Source of the DNA: Eledone cirrhosa | Lineage: Eukaryota | Length of the DNA: 64,000 bases | Reading direction: 5' to 3' | NCBI GenBank assembly: GCA_964016885.1 | Contig: OZ024742.1 | Span: 82,398,001-82,462,000 of the forward strand | In this document: positions 13,695-26,405 of the stretch, in pieces | Layout of the letters: the number at the start of each line of letters is the position of its first letter | Numbering within the stretch: the stretch's first letter is position 1 | Made by a program: the position numbers and the translations under genes | Notes under the pieces: model-generated | Database searches by the model: none | What the model was told of the DNA's origin: nothing | What the model saw: only the letters and a program-made list of their open reading frames with translations

Positions 13695-14215
13695 ATTGGT
13701 AGTTACCACAATTCCGGTTTGTATTTACTTTCTTGATTTATTCTTAAATGGAGTCTGGCAAACCCTATTGTCTATAGTTATTATTCTTTTCACCTTATCG
13801 AATCTGGGCCCTTACGATTTGAACACATATATCTATATATATGTATTCGTTTTTCTTTTATATTCAGTTATATATATATATTTATGTATATATTTATGTA
13901 TATATGCATTGATCGCTATATACCTTCGTTTCCCAGTGTGGTTGTATTACTATTTGTATTGTGTATATTTGCGATTGGATATATTAATTAATACCCAGTA
14001 TAGGTAAAGTCAAATTACCCAAAATGAAAAGAATATCAAAGAATTGCATTATGTATGTATTTCAGTCGGCGGTATAATGATCAGATAAATAGTTTACACC
14101 TAGAGAATTTCACGCGCACAAGAATTAACTCACACACTAAAACAGTCACATAAACACGCATACTCCACATGCATATATACATCTATATATATATTTTTTT
14201 TTTTTTTTATTCTAA

Positions 14216-14333
<118 letters not shown>

Positions 14334-16258
14334 GATATCCGTAGATAAAACGCCAAGGAAAACATGATCAATCTTTTGTTTGCAAAATAATATATTTAGT
14401 ATTAAACATTTAATATGTCTACTTTTGTCTTACGGCCCGATGAGAGACTAGTATTAGGACGACCCCTCTAGTATAAACTGGTTGCCATAACTGGAACGCG
14501 AAACTTAATGTCGTGCTTAATTGTATGACATTTTAATTATACTATATATATAATTGTGAATTTATTAAGATATTGCACCTCAACAGGTTTTTGGACAAAC
14601 AGGAAAAGATATAATATCAATACGCAATGGATAAATAAAAAATATATTGTTATGAAGAAGATTTTAAAGTCAATCATCAGCTGCAAATTATAACATTCGA
14701 ATTCAAAACACTGCTCCCCAGATCTGCAAAAGAAAGCGAGGAAAAACAAACAAGCGATCACATGATTGATTTGAATCATGATGCACGAGTTTTGTTGTGC
14801 GTTTTACTTGAGGTAGACAATTTTAACAGGTCGACGGCGTGGTCAAGATGGTGTGAAGTTGGAGATGTGAATAGTTGGTGTGAATTCGGGCGACAAAGAA
14901 CAATATTACAGAATACATCCAACCTGGTGCGTCTCCTTCTTCTGTGCTCTGCAAGTTGGCCAGGTGAGCAGGCTTGCAACAAAATATGTGCAACAAAATA
15001 TGCATACAGAAGGAGAATGAGAAAGAGAGCAAGTGTACGAGAGTGAATGAGCTAATGTACTAGCCGAATTAAATTCTTATAAAGAATATCGAATTGAAAT
15101 TGATAATATACAGCATATTTTTCAGCAAGAAATAGAATAGATGAAAAAATTATTAAATGACAGTATGTTGTTTTGCTATGAGTTAACATAAATTAGAAAC
15201 GTGTGAATCAGATATTAGAAATATTCTCAAGGACACTTGTTTCGACATATAAATATATACTCTTTCGATATTATCCATTTATTAAGAAAATTGAAACATA
15301 TTCGTTCTACTTGTTTTTCTATATTTTGTAACACTTTGTTATAGAGAAGATAGTGATCTATAACTAGTAAAATGTTTATTTATCCAGTTAAGTTTAATTT
15401 ATCTAATCTTCTGTTAAATAAATTGAATCTAATACGATGTAGTGATTAGAAACCCATTTTCTTAACTGTGAATACCTAGAAGAATATTTGCTCTATAGTT
15501 GGCTTTCCCTCTTCACTCATGATATTCGTATGACATTTATTGTCATTTATACAATATACTTTTCTATTTGTTTGAAAATATGCATACTTCAAAGAAAATG
15601 CCGTTTCTGGTATAGGTAATGAAATAAAAGGAAATTATAAGAACTGTTTAAACAATAACACTAGTGCTACATATATATTATTTCTGACAAACAATATGCT
15701 ACTGAAATATATTGCCTGCAGTTGCTATCGAAGAGAAATCAGGATAACGTCAACGAACACTTTTAGTATTTCTCTCAGAATATGTGCTGTTCATCTCTGT
15801 TTTACAACACATTCCCGTCTTCATTTGCCTCATAGTGAAGCCAAGTTTATTTTCCATTCATCATTTTCAACGGCGCCAGTGCAACATATTTTTAGCGGCG
15901 AGAAACATTAAAAATTGTGCAGCGATGTTTTTGTTTTACTGCTAGCGGAAGGTGTATTTCTAAGCTCTAAATTTAATTACACTGGGTTACAATACGGATT
16001 CATTAAAGGTACCACATTACAGACAAATAAATGATATGTTGAAATATTAGTTATCTCGACGTATCCTAATCAATCACACACACAGACACATGAGATGGAG
16101 AGAGAGAGAGTCGGGGAGACAGTGGGATGGGTAAATAGGAGAGATAGGCATGCACGGTATTGTTTTGTTTTATTCACAATATTTCATTGATTTAGGAGAT
16201 AGAAGGTTATTGAATATCGTTGAATCTTGGTGATCTATTTCTTGCATCTATATATATG

Positions 16259-18100
16259 GAGGAGAGGATGGAGACTGTGGAGGTGATGAGGGAAGAGCTC
16301 TGTACCGCTTACACTGAGGTCAGAGAGGAGGCACTGATAGAGAAGATCAGAAGTGTGGAGAGAGCGGTTGACAGATCTGGATGTAAGGAGAGCTGGATGA
16401 TCATCAACGAGATCACAGGGAGGAAGAAAAGGTGTTCGAGTCAGATCCAGGGAACGGGGCCCGAGGATAGGAAGAGGAAATGGCTAGACCATTTAGGACC
16501 CTACTAGGAGAGCCACCCTCCACAGCCCAGAGCACTGGGGAGATCAGGCGGCTGTTTGAGGAACTGGATGTTGAGACAGAGCCCTTCACCAGAGAGGAGC
16601 TTCAGAGAGCCAAGAAGAAGATCAAGGAGGGCAAGGCTCATGGAGAAGATGGAGTGGCATCAGAGGTGATGAAGAGGTGTGATTTTGATGATATAATCCT
16701 GGGGTTCTGTAACGGGGCACTGGAGAAAGGAGTTGCCCCGAATCAGTGGAGGATCAGTAACATCGTCCCAGTGCCAAAGAAGGGAGATCTCTCTAACACC
16801 AACAACTACCGGGGGATCTCACTGACGTCACTTGTGGCAAAGACCCTCAACAGGATGATTCTTAACAGGATCCAGCCTGAGATGGAGAAGAAGCTCAGGG
16901 ACAACCAGAACGGCTTCAGAGAGGGTAGATCAACCACCAGTCACATCCTGATGCTGAGGAGGATATTAGAGGGAGCTAGAGCAAAGTGCTTTCCTGCAGT
17001 CATGGTTTTCATTGACTTTAGGAAGGCCTTTGATTCTGTGGACCGTTACTGCCTGATGAAGATCTTACAGGCTTATGGAATCCCCAAGAGGATAGTAGAC
17101 CTGATATCACTGCTCTACACCAACACCAAAGCCCAAGTCATTACACCTGATGGGATGACAGAGTTCTTTGAGATACTGGCTGGAGTGCTCCAGGGAGATA
17201 CATTGGCTCCCTACCTTTTTATCATCGTAGTGGACTATTGTATGCGCCTTGCACTGGAGAAACACCAGGACTCTGGCTTTACTGTAGCACCGGCTCAGAG
17301 CAGGAGAGTTGGGCGAAAAAGGTATCGGATGCTGAATTTGCCGACGACATAGTTTTGGTGACAAATACAGTGAAGGAGGCAGAGGATTTAATGCGGGAGG
17401 TTGAGACTGTGTCGATGAGTGTGGGGCTGAGAATGAATGAGACTAAAACAAAATATCTGGTAGAGAATGTTGAGAAGCCAGAGGGGATCACTAATGTAGG
17501 CGGGAAGCCGCTGGAATTGGTTGAGGACTTCCTGTATTTGGGAGCAAAGATTGGGAATACGGAAGATGATGTGGTTGAGAGGAAGAGCAAGGCCTGGGCG
17601 GCGTGTCACAGCTTGAGATCGGTGTGGAAGTCGGACCTTCGTAGAGACCTGAAAATCCGCCCTTTCATTGCTGTAGTGGAGTCTGTGCTGCTGTATGGGT
17701 CTGAGACTTGGACACTGACCAAGAGACTCATTCAGATGGTGGATGGGTGCTACACGAGAATGCTGAGGATGGCTCTGAACATTAATCAGTATACACTGAG
17801 GATGAAAAACTCAGAGCTGTATGGGAGCATCCCAAACGTCAGCTCAAAAGTGACACAGAGGAGACTGAGGTTGGCTGGACATGCTCACCGACATCCAGAG
17901 TTGACATGGCACTCAGTGCTCCTTTGGGAGCCCCTACATAGACACACTAGAAGAGGAAGACCAAGGTTAACATATGTTGATGCCCTAAGGACAGACACTG
18001 GTCTGTTGGAGATGCAGGATATGGCAGCGATAATGAGGGACAGAGACCGCTGGAGAGAACTCGTCCATGGTTCTCGGGAATTTTACCCGCCTTAGATAGA
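16259..18100 (+). mobile_element. 5'-truncated RTE-group (RTE/RTEX-like) LINE, frameshifted reverse transcriptase
   Basis: ORFs 16220-16507, 16480-17352, 17238-18095 with NYRGISL, DFRKAFDSV, GVLQGDTLAPYLF, FADD, LLYGSETW, RRLRLAGH, RGRPR; short tagataga tail. Confidence 0.92.
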
Positions 18101-18279
18101 TATATACTCTGTGACTTAAAGCTACGAAGGCCGGAAGTATACTAACTGGATTTACCTCCGCACTAACTTTCGCCAATCTGGATATTGGAAACAACTAGAT
18201 TTAAGATTACTGAATGCCTTTATGTTCAATTATGAACTTATATTATACATTTATGTTCATATGTATAAACTTGAATAAA

Positions 18280-18361
18280 CGCCTGAAGAAAGGTCACTAT
18301 TTTGATGCATCTTGATTTATGGTCGTACGGTCAAATTTAGGCCTTGAAACCTTCGGTAGCG
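18280..18361 (+). ncRNA. Minimal type I hammerhead motif in a Penelope-like 3' relic
   Basis: cgc CTGAAGA aaggtc..(long)..ggcctt GAAAC c ttc g GTA gcg. Confidence 0.6.
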
Positions 18362-18384
18362 CTTTTGTTCCGTGAATGAACATA

Positions 18385-18575
18385 AATAATTGTTTCTACT
18401 TTAGGCACAAGGCCAGCAATTACCCAATACATTACTGGTACTTTATGTTATCGACCCCGTAAGGATGACAGGCAAATTTAACCTCGGCGGGATTTGAACT
18501 CAGACTGTAAAGGGACGTAACTATGCTAGAAAGCATGGCGTCCAACCCTCTACCGATACTGCCAATTCACCGCTC
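18385..18575 (-). mobile_element. tRNA-derived SINE, near full length
   Basis: Family core and head (taccgatactgccaattcaccgc) in reverse orientation, within aat repeats. Confidence 0.9.
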
Positions 18576-18712
18576 TTAAATAATAATAATATATGTATAT
18601 ATATATATATAATTATATATAAATATATATAATGTGTGCGTGTCTGTATGTGTGTGTTTTTGTGCGCGCGCGTGTGTGTGTGTGCGTGTGTAGAATAAAA
18701 TGCATATATTTT

Positions 18713-18754
18713 GTCAAAGGTCTTTCGTCACACATTCTGTGACCTCCTCAGTGA
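18713..18754 (-). ncRNA. Hammerhead-like motif of the 26-27 kb Penelope family (solo relic)
   Basis: tca CTGAGGA g gtcaca-gaatg-tgtgac GAAA gacctt tga. Confidence 0.55.
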
Positions 18755-18901
18755 TTATGTTTTTATTTTATTTCTCTCCTTCTTGAACTATCCAACCAAT
18801 CGCAAACTTATAATGAATTGAATTGAAAACCAACAGGTGTATATATATATAGATATATATATATATGTGCGTGTGTGTGTGCGTGTGTGTGTGTGTATAT
18901 A

Positions 18902-19413
18902 TCTCATAATATATAACCAGAAATTTCTCTGTCTGTCTGTCCGACAGTGGAAACACGTGCGCGCGTGCGAATGTTTTTTGCGCACGCGTAGAGAGAGAGT
19001 GAGAGTGAAAGAAAGAGACAGACTACGAGAGGGGGATAGCGGGAGGGAGAGAGGGAGAGAGAGAGAGTGAATAGACGCTAAAACTCGTGCGCGCGTGCGA
19101 ATGTTTTTTGCGCACGCGTAGAGAGAGAGTGAGAGTGAAAGAAATAAAAAGACAGACTACAAGAGGGGCATAGCGGGAAGGAGAGAGGGGGGAATTGAGG
19201 AGTGCTACAGAAACATATATACATTTCTGTGTGTGCGTAATATATATATATATACACACACAGAAATATATATATATACACACAGAAATAAATATACATT
19301 TCTGTGTGTGTAATATATATATATATACACACAGAAATATATATATATTTCTGTGTCTGTAATATATATATATATACTAGCAGAAAACCACCTGGTGGGC
19401 GGTTTTCTGCTAG
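18902..19413 (+). mobile_element. Small non-autonomous Helitron-like element
   Basis: 5' TC..atatataa..tgtctgtctgtcc start; internal ~60-bp direct repeat (18951/19081); terminal 13-bp-arm palindrome ending CTAG. Confidence 0.5.
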
Positions 19414-19417
19414 TCGC

Positions 19418-22400
19418 TCTATATATAAAACGGTAGACGTCTGTCTCTGTGTGTGTATGATTTTTATGCATTTCCACATCTCTCTACCGATTTTGATGAT
19501 TTTTTCCCAGTGTGCTCCAAATTTACCAGGGCAGTTCAACGCGTAATTATTTCTGCTAAAGATTTCCTGCTTCTATGAAAACAAATCGATAAAACTAAAT
19601 ACATGCTGTAACCCTCTCTCTTACACGCTTCATTCCTCTCACTACTACCATCAAAAATATATGAAACTACATACATGTTGCAACTCTCTTTAAAGGGACA
19701 TCCTTTCCTCTTAATCTCCTCTGCAACTCTCTTTAGAAGTTTACTGCCTCCGTCTACTACCCTACAATTTAGAACAACGACAAAACTTCTTTTGAAGGAA
19801 CGCGACACAAACTTTTAAACCTAAGCAACACATTGATTTATACAACAACAAATAGCTTTACTCTCTCTGTCACGCTTCCCTCTCTCTACAATAGATTATT
19901 CCCCATCTCTATAATTTAACTGCTTTACTCTCTTCCTGCTTCGAGATTTAACACTAGTTTCTCTCTCTCCGTCGCTCTTCTCTCTCTCTATAATAGATCA
20001 TTCCCCCTCTTCGTTCGGGAAAGCGAAAAAAACTTTGATAACAAAGCGACACTCATACATCAAATATCAAAATTTAAACATTAAATACATACTGCTCTCT
20101 CAACGTTACATTTTACACGCTAGATATAAGGGCAACAATCGATCAGATCATTCCCCTCTCTATAATTTAAATGCTTTACTCTCTCTGTCGCTCTCCACTC
20201 CCTATATGACAACACTGCAGTGGAGCGTTCCGTATTGAGCGTTCCGTATTGACATACAGCTTATCTGGGGCATTTTCAATCGGCTTATTGCAAATAACAA
20301 CCCGCAAAATAACACTTCATATAACAGATTAATGCTATAGACATATCAATCGGAATGTAACCCGTGAACTTTTTCCCGGGCAAAATTATTCGAACAGACA
20401 GGACCTCATTGCCAGAGTGTTCAGACTGAAACTGGCTAAACTCATGGTTTTAATAAAAAAGGTCAGGTATTTGGGGCTGTAAAATGTGACATGTTCACCG
20501 TCGAATGGCAAAAACAAGGGCTGCCACATGCTCACATTTTGATTTGGTTAGCCGATAAAATCAATTCAAATGCCATAGACAGAATCATTTCGGCTGATAT
20601 CACTAACCCAGCAACTGACGAGGAATTACATGATATCGTCAAAGCTAACATGGTCCGTGTGCCTTGGGTCCTAATGAGCATCACACGTGTCTGAAATGGG
20701 TGGGGTGCAGTAAGGGATAACCAAACAAATTTGTTGACCAGGCTCAGACTGGTGGAGACGGGTACACCCTGTACAGGCGGAGACGGCCCGAGAACGGTGG
20801 CTTACCACAACAGTAAGGGGAGGTCAAGTCGACAATCGATGGGTGGTCCCTTACTGCCCGCTTCTCTTGAAGATGTTCAACGCCCACATCAACGTTGAGT
20901 TTTGCATCTCCGTCAAGTCGATAAAATACATATGCAAATATATATATAAGGGCTCTGATGCAGCAATGTTCGCATTTCAAGCTGAAAATAGCAGGGACGA
21001 GGTCACAGAGTACCTGGCGGGTCGGGACATCAGTAGCAATGAAGCTTTTTGGCGCCTATTTGGTTTACCCCGATACCAACGTCACCCCGCCATCGTACAG
21101 CTTGCGCTACATTTGGAAAATGGGCAAAGGGTTTACTTTACGGTCCAAACCGCCGCCAATCTGGCCGCCGATCCGAAAGAGACCACTCTGATGGGTTTCT
21201 TCAAACTTTGCCAGTTCGATACATTTGCGCAAACAACTGTGTACTCCCAGGTTCCATCCTACATTATATGGTCGAAAAACACTTGGGTGCGAAGAAAGTC
21301 AGGGCAGGCTGCTGAAATACATCCTGGTGTAAAATGTGACAGCTGTCTTGGAAGGGTTTACACCGTGCCCCCAAGTCAGCATGAGTGCTTTCATCTCCGC
21401 CTTCTTTTACATGAAGTTGTAGGCCCACAAAGTTTTCAGGACCTCAAAGCTGTTGATGAAGAAATGTGTGATACGTGCCGGGAAGCCTGCTTTAAGCGTG
21501 GTCTTTTGGAAGATGATTCGCAATGGGATTCCACTTAGGCAGAGGGTGCTTTGTTGAAATCACCTAAAGCTTTACGGGAACTCTTTGCCATTTTCCTTCA
21601 AAAGTGTGAATTGGGTGATCCCAAATCTTTATGGGTCAAGTACAGAGACTTCCTGTCTGAGAACTTCCTGCGCCTGGCTCATCTGCAGTATACTTCAGTA
21701 GAAGTTGGTTACAGCGACCTTATCTACAACAAGGCACTCATTGATGTCGAGGGTGGGAGTGAGTTGGCGACGTATGGCTTGCCGTCAACCGTTAGAGAGG
21801 AAGCTAACAAGTTGGCCCCGGATTTGTTGCGGGAAACAACATATGACATCGAATCTCTTTCCCAATACTTAGAGGAAAATGAGCCCAAACTTCTGTCGGA
21901 CAAAGAGTTGGCCTATTTAACTATCATTGACGCGGTTCAAAATCAGACTGGGAGTATTTACTTTCTCGATGCTCCTGGGTGTACCTGAAACACTTTTGTA
22001 ACGAAATTGATTATCGCTAAGATTCGTCAGGAGAAAATAATTCCGTTGGCCGTTGCATCGTCCGGCATTGCTGGTACTTTGTTGCCTGGGGGAACGATAG
22101 CACATTCAACCTTTAAACAACCCTTGGATTTAGTAAAAACTGAGACACCAACATGCAATATCAGCAAGAGTTCACACGAAGCTCTGGTTTTCAAAAGATG
22201 TTGCCTCATTGTTTGGGATGAGTGCACAATGGCACACAAGCGTGCCATTGAGGCATTGGACGGGACCGTGAAAGACATTAGGGATTCTACGGCTCCCATG
22301 GGTGGCGTAACCCTTCTGCTATCAAGGGATTTTTGACAAACGCTGCCTGTCATACCCAAAGGGACAAGAGCTGATAAAGCGCGTGCCTGCCTTAAATCGT

Positions 22401-23548
22401 CCATGTTGTGGCTCTAGGTGAAGAGTTTGTACCTGAGCACAAATATGCGTGCTCATTTGCATGGTGACAACATGTCTGCAGCATTTGCTCAGAATATTTT
22501 AGCACTTGGTGAGGGCAAGGTCCCTGCGGATGACAAGGGAGGCATAGCAATCGACTCTCTGTGTAACATTGTGAGCAGCCCTTCTGACCTTAGGGAAGCA
22601 GATTTTCCTAATGTCTCATCTAACTTTAAACACCTCGATTGGCTCAGCGAAAGAGCCATCCTTGCCCCGAAAAATACCATGGTTAATTTTATTAACAAGC
22701 AGCTGATTGAGAAGTTTCCCGGTAAAGAACACATCTTCAAATCTATCGGACGTAAGACCTCGACGATATCGTTAATTATCCGGTTGAGTTATTAAATTCC
22801 CTTGAGCTCCCAGGGCTCCCACCTCACATTCTTAAGCTTAGGGTTGGCTGTGCCATTATGCTAATAAGCAACTTGCAAGCAATGCAACGGTTCTCGCATG
22901 GTCGTCAAGTCACTGCCGCCCCACTTGATTGGGGCCACCATTGTAACGGGGTGTGGGAGAGGGGAGAATGTTTTCATTCCAAGGATGAACCTTTTTCCCT
23001 CGGCGTCAGATATCCAGTTCCATTTCCGTCGATCCAAATTTCCGGTGAGACCATGTTTTGCCATGTCCATTAACAAGTCACAAGGGCAAACATTGTCGGT
23101 GGCGGGCATCCATTTGGGGGAGTCATGCTTCTCCCATGGCCAACTGTATGTTGCCTGTTCCTGCGTAGGGTGCAGGAATGGACTTTTTCCTTACACTCCT
23201 CAAGGGATGACACGCAATATCGTCTACAAAGAGGTGCTATAGATGTTGGTGCAGGTGTTGGAGCTATGCCGTCTGGAAAACTAGTAGCGTCACCCATAGC
23301 GGACAGAGCTGCCACCTAGTGGGATCAGGGCCACCATCTTGCAATTTGGTCTACTAAATTCACTATTGGAAGATTATTAACCTATCATTGATTGTCCAAA
23401 ATGCTAATTGGTTCATAACTATTAATAACCGGTTCAACTGCTGTAGGCACTTAATTGATAAGCTTATTCGCTTTCAAGCTACGACTACCTGTATGTAACT
23501 TTTCGTAGCGAATGAACAAGCCCGAGCGCACGCCAGGCTAAACTGCTA

Positions 23549-23549
<1 letters not shown>
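19418..23549 (+). mobile_element. Helitron (degenerate, internally deleted autonomous type)
   Basis: 5' TCtatatataaaa; 3' GC-rich hairpin (agcccgagcgcacgccaggct) then CTAG|T; RepHel remnants inside. Confidence 0.9.
20380..23242 (+). pseudogene. Helitron Rep/Pif1-like helicase (RepHel), multiple stops and frameshifts
   Basis: EWQKQGLPHAHILIW (HUH), KYICKYIYKG (Y2), FLDAPG (Walker A relic), [28 protein letters not shown]. Confidence 0.93.
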
Positions 23550-23626
<77 letters not shown>

Positions 23627-23634
23627 TGTATTTA

Positions 23635-23687
<53 letters not shown>

Positions 23688-23710
23688 AATTATATATATA
23701 TATATATATA

Positions 23711-24205
23711 AATGAAAATAGAGAAATTAATGTGAGCAAGAAGCAAACAGTACTTCATATATATATAAGTGACTATTACGTCAAGGGGGAAAATATTTAA
23801 AGTGAGATATGGGAAAATAATTCAATCTCAATTCAAAAAAAGTCAAGACAGAAATTTTATCCACAGATTTTGTGTAATCCAGGGAAAAAACCATTAGAAT
23901 CTTAACTCAGAATAAAATTAAGGGTAAATACTTATCCTTCAATTTGGAAAAATCTACAAATGCTCTATATAGTCTTTAAAAGACTATTTCACAAAACCTT
24001 TCAGTGGGGTTAGTCACGGTTGGAGTCGTTCATCAGTAGAGCTCAACACGATAACTAAGAACCACAGCTAAAATATGCCCGAAGGGAATTTAAGAGAATA
24101 AACACACATTGAGAACAGGGCTAGGGACATCATAAGGAGACGAATGACTGTTTACAAGAAACAGCAGTCAACTCATTTCGAAAAAACCTCCACAAAATAT
24201 GCACA
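23711..24205 (-). mobile_element. ~500-bp non-coding hammerhead-bearing element in (TA)n; homologous to the tandem pair at 42711-43865
   Basis: Colinear with 42711-43235 and 43343-43860. Confidence 0.75.
23962..24042 (-). ncRNA. Type I hammerhead ribozyme motif
   Basis: gctcta CTGATGA (~39 nt) GAAA tagtct..agacta TA tagagc; perfect stems I and III. Confidence 0.8.
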
Positions 24206-24249
24206 CGCATATACATATATATATATATACTGTATATATATATATATAT

Positions 24250-24293
<44 letters not shown>

Positions 24294-24300
24294 ATATATG

Positions 24301-24332
<32 letters not shown>

Positions 24333-24344
24333 CATATATACATA

Positions 24345-25845
24345 TGTATATAAAACATTATTTTGTTGAGCAAAAATTTGCCAAAACTGCTACTATAGTT
24401 CATAGTAATAGTTCGGCTACTGTCTTCTTAACACCCAACTCCTCACTGATTAACCTCGATGTCACGTGATTGATTCTTTTGAATTTGCCACCGTCCAAGT
24501 AGGCAGTGATTTTTCCAATGTCTTGGAATTTAGTCCACGCTTGCTTTTTTCCATCCACTGAATTATTTTTGTATAAGTTCCCTGTGTCCACGCATCGGGA
24601 AATTAGCTGAGAATAGACTGCTGATGACAAAAGGCTTTCTCCATGATGGTTGGTACTTGGTGGTAGCGGTTTTGAAATATCCTCGTGGCGAAAAGTTTTT
24701 GAAATACCGCTAATTTTTCTCTTCAAAATTATTCTAAAGAAAATTTGAACAATAAAAAAAAAAACCATTTTCCATGAAAATTATTTGGTAAGAAAATCCA
24801 AGATGGCTGATTGAAAAATGTGCCTGTGATGAAGAAGCCGTCATGTGGCACGATGCAGCCAATCAGATGGCTGGGATTGAAGAAGACAAGCTGTACGCGG
24901 GAAAACAAAATTTTTGAGTCTCCATTTGTAATTTTAACAGAATGTTGAAAGCAAAATTTAATATCCAGAGAAATCCTTTTTTTTTTTTTTATCAAACTAT
25001 GCTAGCAAAGCAAGTTGTTCTTAGTCGGTGGTCACGTACTCATTTTATCAACCAATTGAAATATACCAAGCCACCTCAACCGGATAAAAGACATCGCAGA
25101 ATTTTAAATCCCAAACTGACATTTTTTGATAGTCGTCGAAAAAACTCTTTCTTTTGTGTTGTATTTTTGTGTTCGTCTGTATGCGTGAGTCAATAGTGTC
25201 ACCATGAAAGTAATGACAGAAATATTATGGAGGCTGCGTGCTTCAACAAATGGAATATTATGAATTGTATGGACTTACGCTAAGTAAGTTTAGCTACCCG
25301 ATTCGGACATTCCAAACGTTAAGCCACTCCACATTGCCGTTAAAACGAATGGCGAATTCAAATAGGCTGCGTTTTCATTCTTAATCGTCGAAGGTCAGCA
25401 ATTTGGTAGGTAGTGTATTGTCACCAATTTGGCTGATAAGTATTTAGAAGTGGTAATGTTGCCACGAGGAACCAGGTTTGGTAGAAAGATATGATAGGAA
25501 TATCGACAACGACTTTAGCTTGGTTTTACATTATTTATTAACAGAGGTTGAGCTGGCATGCCAAGAGAAATACGGTCGAATGGCTGAGGCGTTTAGCCAA
25601 TTCCGTAGTAAAATTGTTGTGTCGTTACATATTGTTTGTGCTGGCGGAGCAAAAGAACAAGTGGTGTTTACCTTAGCGTCCTCAAATCTTTGCGGGCTAT
25701 TTCTCTCTCAGAACGCGTAGTGATACATCCTCTTCTACTGGCGCTGATTGGCTGAGCTGAGCCAAATCACGCACAGAGAATGTATACTAATTAGTTGGAG
25801 TGAAATTTCAGTAAGTTAATTTATATAATTTTTTTATTTTACGTC

Positions 25846-25850
<5 letters not shown>
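24345..25850 (-). mobile_element. Unclassified ~1.5 kb TIR-less element in (TA)n; long relative of the 554-bp tandem unit
   Basis: Both ends match the 31338-33189 unit in reverse (aaagacgtaaaata..tttcactccaactaattag; gtctattctcagct; aagaatcaatcacgtgacat; tttgctc). Confidence 0.6.
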
Positions 25851-25881
<31 letters not shown>

Positions 25882-25886
<5 letters not shown>

Positions 25887-26108
25887 ATATTAACAAATGG
25901 AAACTATATTTATAAAAGCATATTTCTTTCATTATACATATTTTAAGGGCCACCAAGGCAAATTATGGTACGCTTTCATCAGATACAATATAATATAGGT
26001 TAGTCTAATAAATAAATATTGACATACCCTGAAAAAATGCAACCATTCTGGTTGCTGACTCCTAATATTTTGCTTGTATCGCAACAAACTAAATATAACC
26101 TCTACATA
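25882..26108 (-). mobile_element. Short hammerhead-bearing terminal repeat (family also at 37583-37795 and 44341-44788); motif at ~25926-25986
   Basis: Reverse strand: CTGATGAaagcgtacca..tggtggcccttAAAAtatgtata (GAAA mutated). Confidence 0.65.
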
Positions 26109-26112
26109 TATT

Positions 26113-26144
<32 letters not shown>

Positions 26145-26362
26145 TATATATACATATATACACACACATATATATATATACATTTATACACACACACATA
26201 TATATATATATATTGTTATACTTTGGGAGGGTCATGTTGCCAATTAGAAACACACGCACCAGACGTTTCACTTCAATTTATTATAATAAAGTTATAAATT
26301 TAAGAATTTATAAATTTCCGGTTGGTTGGTTGGTTCCACAACCAGATAATTGTTTATATATT

Positions 26363-26405
26363 GTCAAAGTTGTTTCGTCACACATTCTGTGACCTCTTCT
26401 GTGAC
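26363..26405 (-). ncRNA. Hammerhead-like motif in inverted pLTR (core mutated to CAGAAGA)
   Basis: gtca CAGAAGA g gtcaca-gaatg-tgtgac GAAA caactt tgac. Confidence 0.5.

Larger units (their letters stand above)
12720..13870. mobile_element. Non-coding ~520-bp unit present as 1.25 tandem copies plus an inverted copy, one hammerhead per unit (retrozyme-/pLTR-like)
   Basis: ttagaaactcaaaatagtctcttac at 12738 and 13246; 13370-13870 is the reverse complement of the unit. Confidence 0.75.

Noticed and set aside
24400-24995. Academ-XPG or tyrosine-recombinase coding relic (LPPS..VYSQ; NSLRH..GHW in the tandem unit)
   Set aside because: Motifs too short and frame-inconsistent; needs a profile search
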